In this document: piece by piece, positions 62,519-64,000 of the stretch | Numbering within the stretch: position 1 is the stretch's first letter | How the letters are laid out: each line of letters starts with the position of its first letter | Origin: Acidimicrobiia bacterium | GTDB lineage: Bacteria; Actinomycetota; Acidimicrobiia; Spongiisociales; ZC4RG35 | Length of the DNA stretch: 64,000 nt | Assembly: GCA_041747855.1 (NCBI GenBank) | Contig: JBGTEJ010000088.1 | Span: forward strand, 362 to 64,361 | Reading direction: 5' to 3' | Translations under genes and position numbers: made by a program | The notes under the pieces: model-generated | Seen by the model: the letters and a program-made list of their open reading frames with translations, nothing else | Databases searched by the model: none | What the model was told of the DNA's origin: nothing

Positions 62519-63691
62519 TCATCCACCGCTGACGGCCTCCTCAGCCTCGATGGGTAACAGACCATCACTAACCCTGCTGTTCAGATAACCGTCAGGCAAG
62601 CGCACCGGTCGAGGTCCCTGGGTGTGGCCCCGGGGCATGGTTGCCGCACCCTCCGGATAGGGCATCTCCCGATCCAACCTGGACATCAAATCGACCAGAC
62701 CCTCGAGTGAGGCAACCTTCGAAAAGGTGTCCCTGAGTACCGGTCCAACCGCGAACCCCTTTAAATACCAGGCGGGATGCCGTCTGAACAGGATGATCCC
62801 GTAGTCGCCGAAGTGGTCGACCAGCAACCGGGCATGTCTCAGCATGATGTCGCCGACCTCTCCCAGGCTCGGTGGTGGGGAGGGCTCCCTGCCTGACATC
62901 ACATCAGCCAGGTCGCGGAATATCCAGGGCCTTCCGAGACAACCCCTGCCGACGACCACACCGTCGCAGCCTGTTGCCTGCATCATCCTCACGGCATCTT
63001 CTGCAACCCAGATGTCCCCGTTGCCAAGCACGGGAACACTGACAATCGCCTTCTTGAGTCTGGCGATCGCCAGCCAATCCGCCTCTCCCGAGTAGAGCTG
63101 CCGTGCGGTCCGTGCGTGGAGGGCAACCGCTGCCGCCCCCTCCTCCTCGGCGATCAAACCGGTCTCGATGTATGTGAGATGAGAGTCGTCGATCCCCTTC
63201 CTGAACTTGACCGTGACCGGGACCGGCCCGGCGTTGGCAACTGCGGACCGTACGATCGACCGGAACAGGTCCGTCTTCCACGGAAGGGCTGCCCCGCCAC
63301 CATGCCGGGTGACCTTCCCCATCGGACAGCCGAAGTTCATGTCGATATGGTCGACCCCGTGCTTGTCCACCAGGATGGCCACCGCATCACCGAGTGACCC
63401 GGGGTCGGTCCCATAGAGCTGGATCGACCTTGGTGTCTCGTCGTCTGCGAATCTGACCATGTCGAGGGTCTTGGCGTTTCCTTCGACCAATCCCCGGGCA
63501 CCGATCATCTCTGAAACGTAGAGGCCTGCGCCATACTCCCGGCAGAGTCGCCGGAACGGCGAGTTGGTGACACCGGCCATTGGAGCCAGCACGACCGGGG
63601 GGTCTATATGAAAAGGGCCTATGGAGAAGGACACGGCACCATTCTGTTCACCGCCAGCGCCTTTGTCGGACAGCGGTCGAGCCGGCGTCAT
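62519..63691 (-). CDS. dus: tRNA-dihydrouridine synthase
   Basis: LAPMAGVTNSPFRRLCREYGAGLYVSEMI ... NFGCPMGKVTRHGGGAAL motifs. Confidence 0.9.
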   Translation of the reverse strand: MTPARPLSDKGAGGEQNGAVSFSIGPFHIDPPVVLAPMAGVTNSPFRRLCREYGAGLYVSEMIGARGLVEGNAKTLDMVRFADDETPRSIQLYGTDPGSLGDAVAILVDKHGVDHIDMNFGCPMGKVTRHGGGAALPWKTDLFRSIVRSAVANAGPVPVTVKFRKGIDDSHLTYIETGLIAEEEGAAAVALHARTARQLYSGEADWLAIARLKKAIVSVPVLGNGDIWVAEDAVRMMQATGCDGVVVGRGCLGRPWIFRDLADVMSGREPSPPPSLGEVGDIMLRHARLLVDHFGDYGIILFRRHPAWYLKGFAVGPVLRDTFSKVASLEGLVDLMSRLDREMPYPEGAATMPRGHTQGPRPVRLPDGYLNSRVSDGLLPIEAEEAVSGG

Positions 63692-63701
63692 CCACCCGCG
63701 G

Positions 63702-64000
63702 TTAGAACCCCTGCAAGTCGGTGATGTTCTGGAGCCTCACCTGGGAATGCGCCACCAGTTTGCCGTCTTCCTCACGGGTGGTCAGCACTTCCCACAGCTG
63801 TTGAGTTCTTCCCCGATGTATGGGGGTGGCTACGGCAACGAGGACTCCAGATGAAGTGGCACGCAAGAAGTCGGTTGTGTTCGAGACACCGACGGCCCCG
63901 GCCATTCCCTGGGCCATTGCCCATACCGCGGCTCCAGTCGAGGCAATCGTCTCGGCAAGGGTGCAGTAGACCCCACCATGGACGACACCATACGGTTGGT
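63702..64000 (-). CDS. PaaI-family hotdog thioesterase, N-terminus beyond the window
   Basis: Reverse translation continues upstream of the track ORF as ...NQPYGVVHGGVYCTLAETIASTGAAVWAMAQGMAG... then HRGRTQQLWEV. Confidence 0.7.
   Translation of the reverse strand, partial: QPYGVVHGGVYCTLAETIASTGAAVWAMAQGMAGAVGVSNTTDFLRATSSGVLVAVATPIHRGRTQQLWEVLTTREEDGKLVAHSQVRLQNITDLQGF

Overview
GC-rich chromosomal window that looks actinobacterial. Rex, an RsiG-like protein, a QcrA-style Rieske protein and a class II RNR with a C-terminal zinc ribbon point that way, but the taxon is inference.

The first ~25 kb is a respiratory island:
- Complex I genes nuoM (partial)-L-K-J-I-H-G-F-E-D-C-B-A lie on the minus strand, with many stop/start overlaps.
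- They are followed by a GNAT, a geranylgeranyl/menaquinone-type reductase and rex.
- Next is a seven-gene Rieske / split cytochrome b (b6 + subunit IV) operon. It also carries a 2x[4Fe-4S] ferredoxin, a very large dihaem cytochrome c and two unassigned membrane proteins.
- Divergent from that operon is a ccoN-like / ccoO-like / cytochrome c trio.

The rest is mixed housekeeping and accessory genes:
- DUF62 SAM hydrolase, Clp1-like P-loop kinase, secreted CAP-domain protein, asparaginase II, RsiG-like protein and M23 peptidase.
- nrdJ interrupted by a LAGLIDADG intein, and a P450.
- A LuxR/LAL regulator - DUF4242 - adenylate cyclase operon, and an ECF42-like sigma factor with two DGPF/YCII genes.
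- Purine salvage genes (permease, deoD), azlCD, an ABC-2 exporter, hutU-hutG, queA-like and dus.

Best leads:
1. The CcoN homologue has non-His residues at every haem/CuB histidine position I can align, while its CcoO-like partner is intact. This looks like a pseudo-oxidase module next to an atypical bc-type operon.
2. One ~30-aa N-terminal module is shared by three different respiratory subunits from the two divergent operons.
3. An 840-nt gene-free gap holds three tandem ~160-nt units with long-range complementarity and copy-specific hairpins, next to a strong promoter-like element. This is a candidate structured RNA array.
4. Divergent TGTCGA-N17-CGTC promoters precede the two DGPF genes flanking the ECF42-like sigma.

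I recognised no rRNA, tRNA, CRISPR, transposase or prophage genes. All family assignments come from motif recognition by eye. No searches were run.
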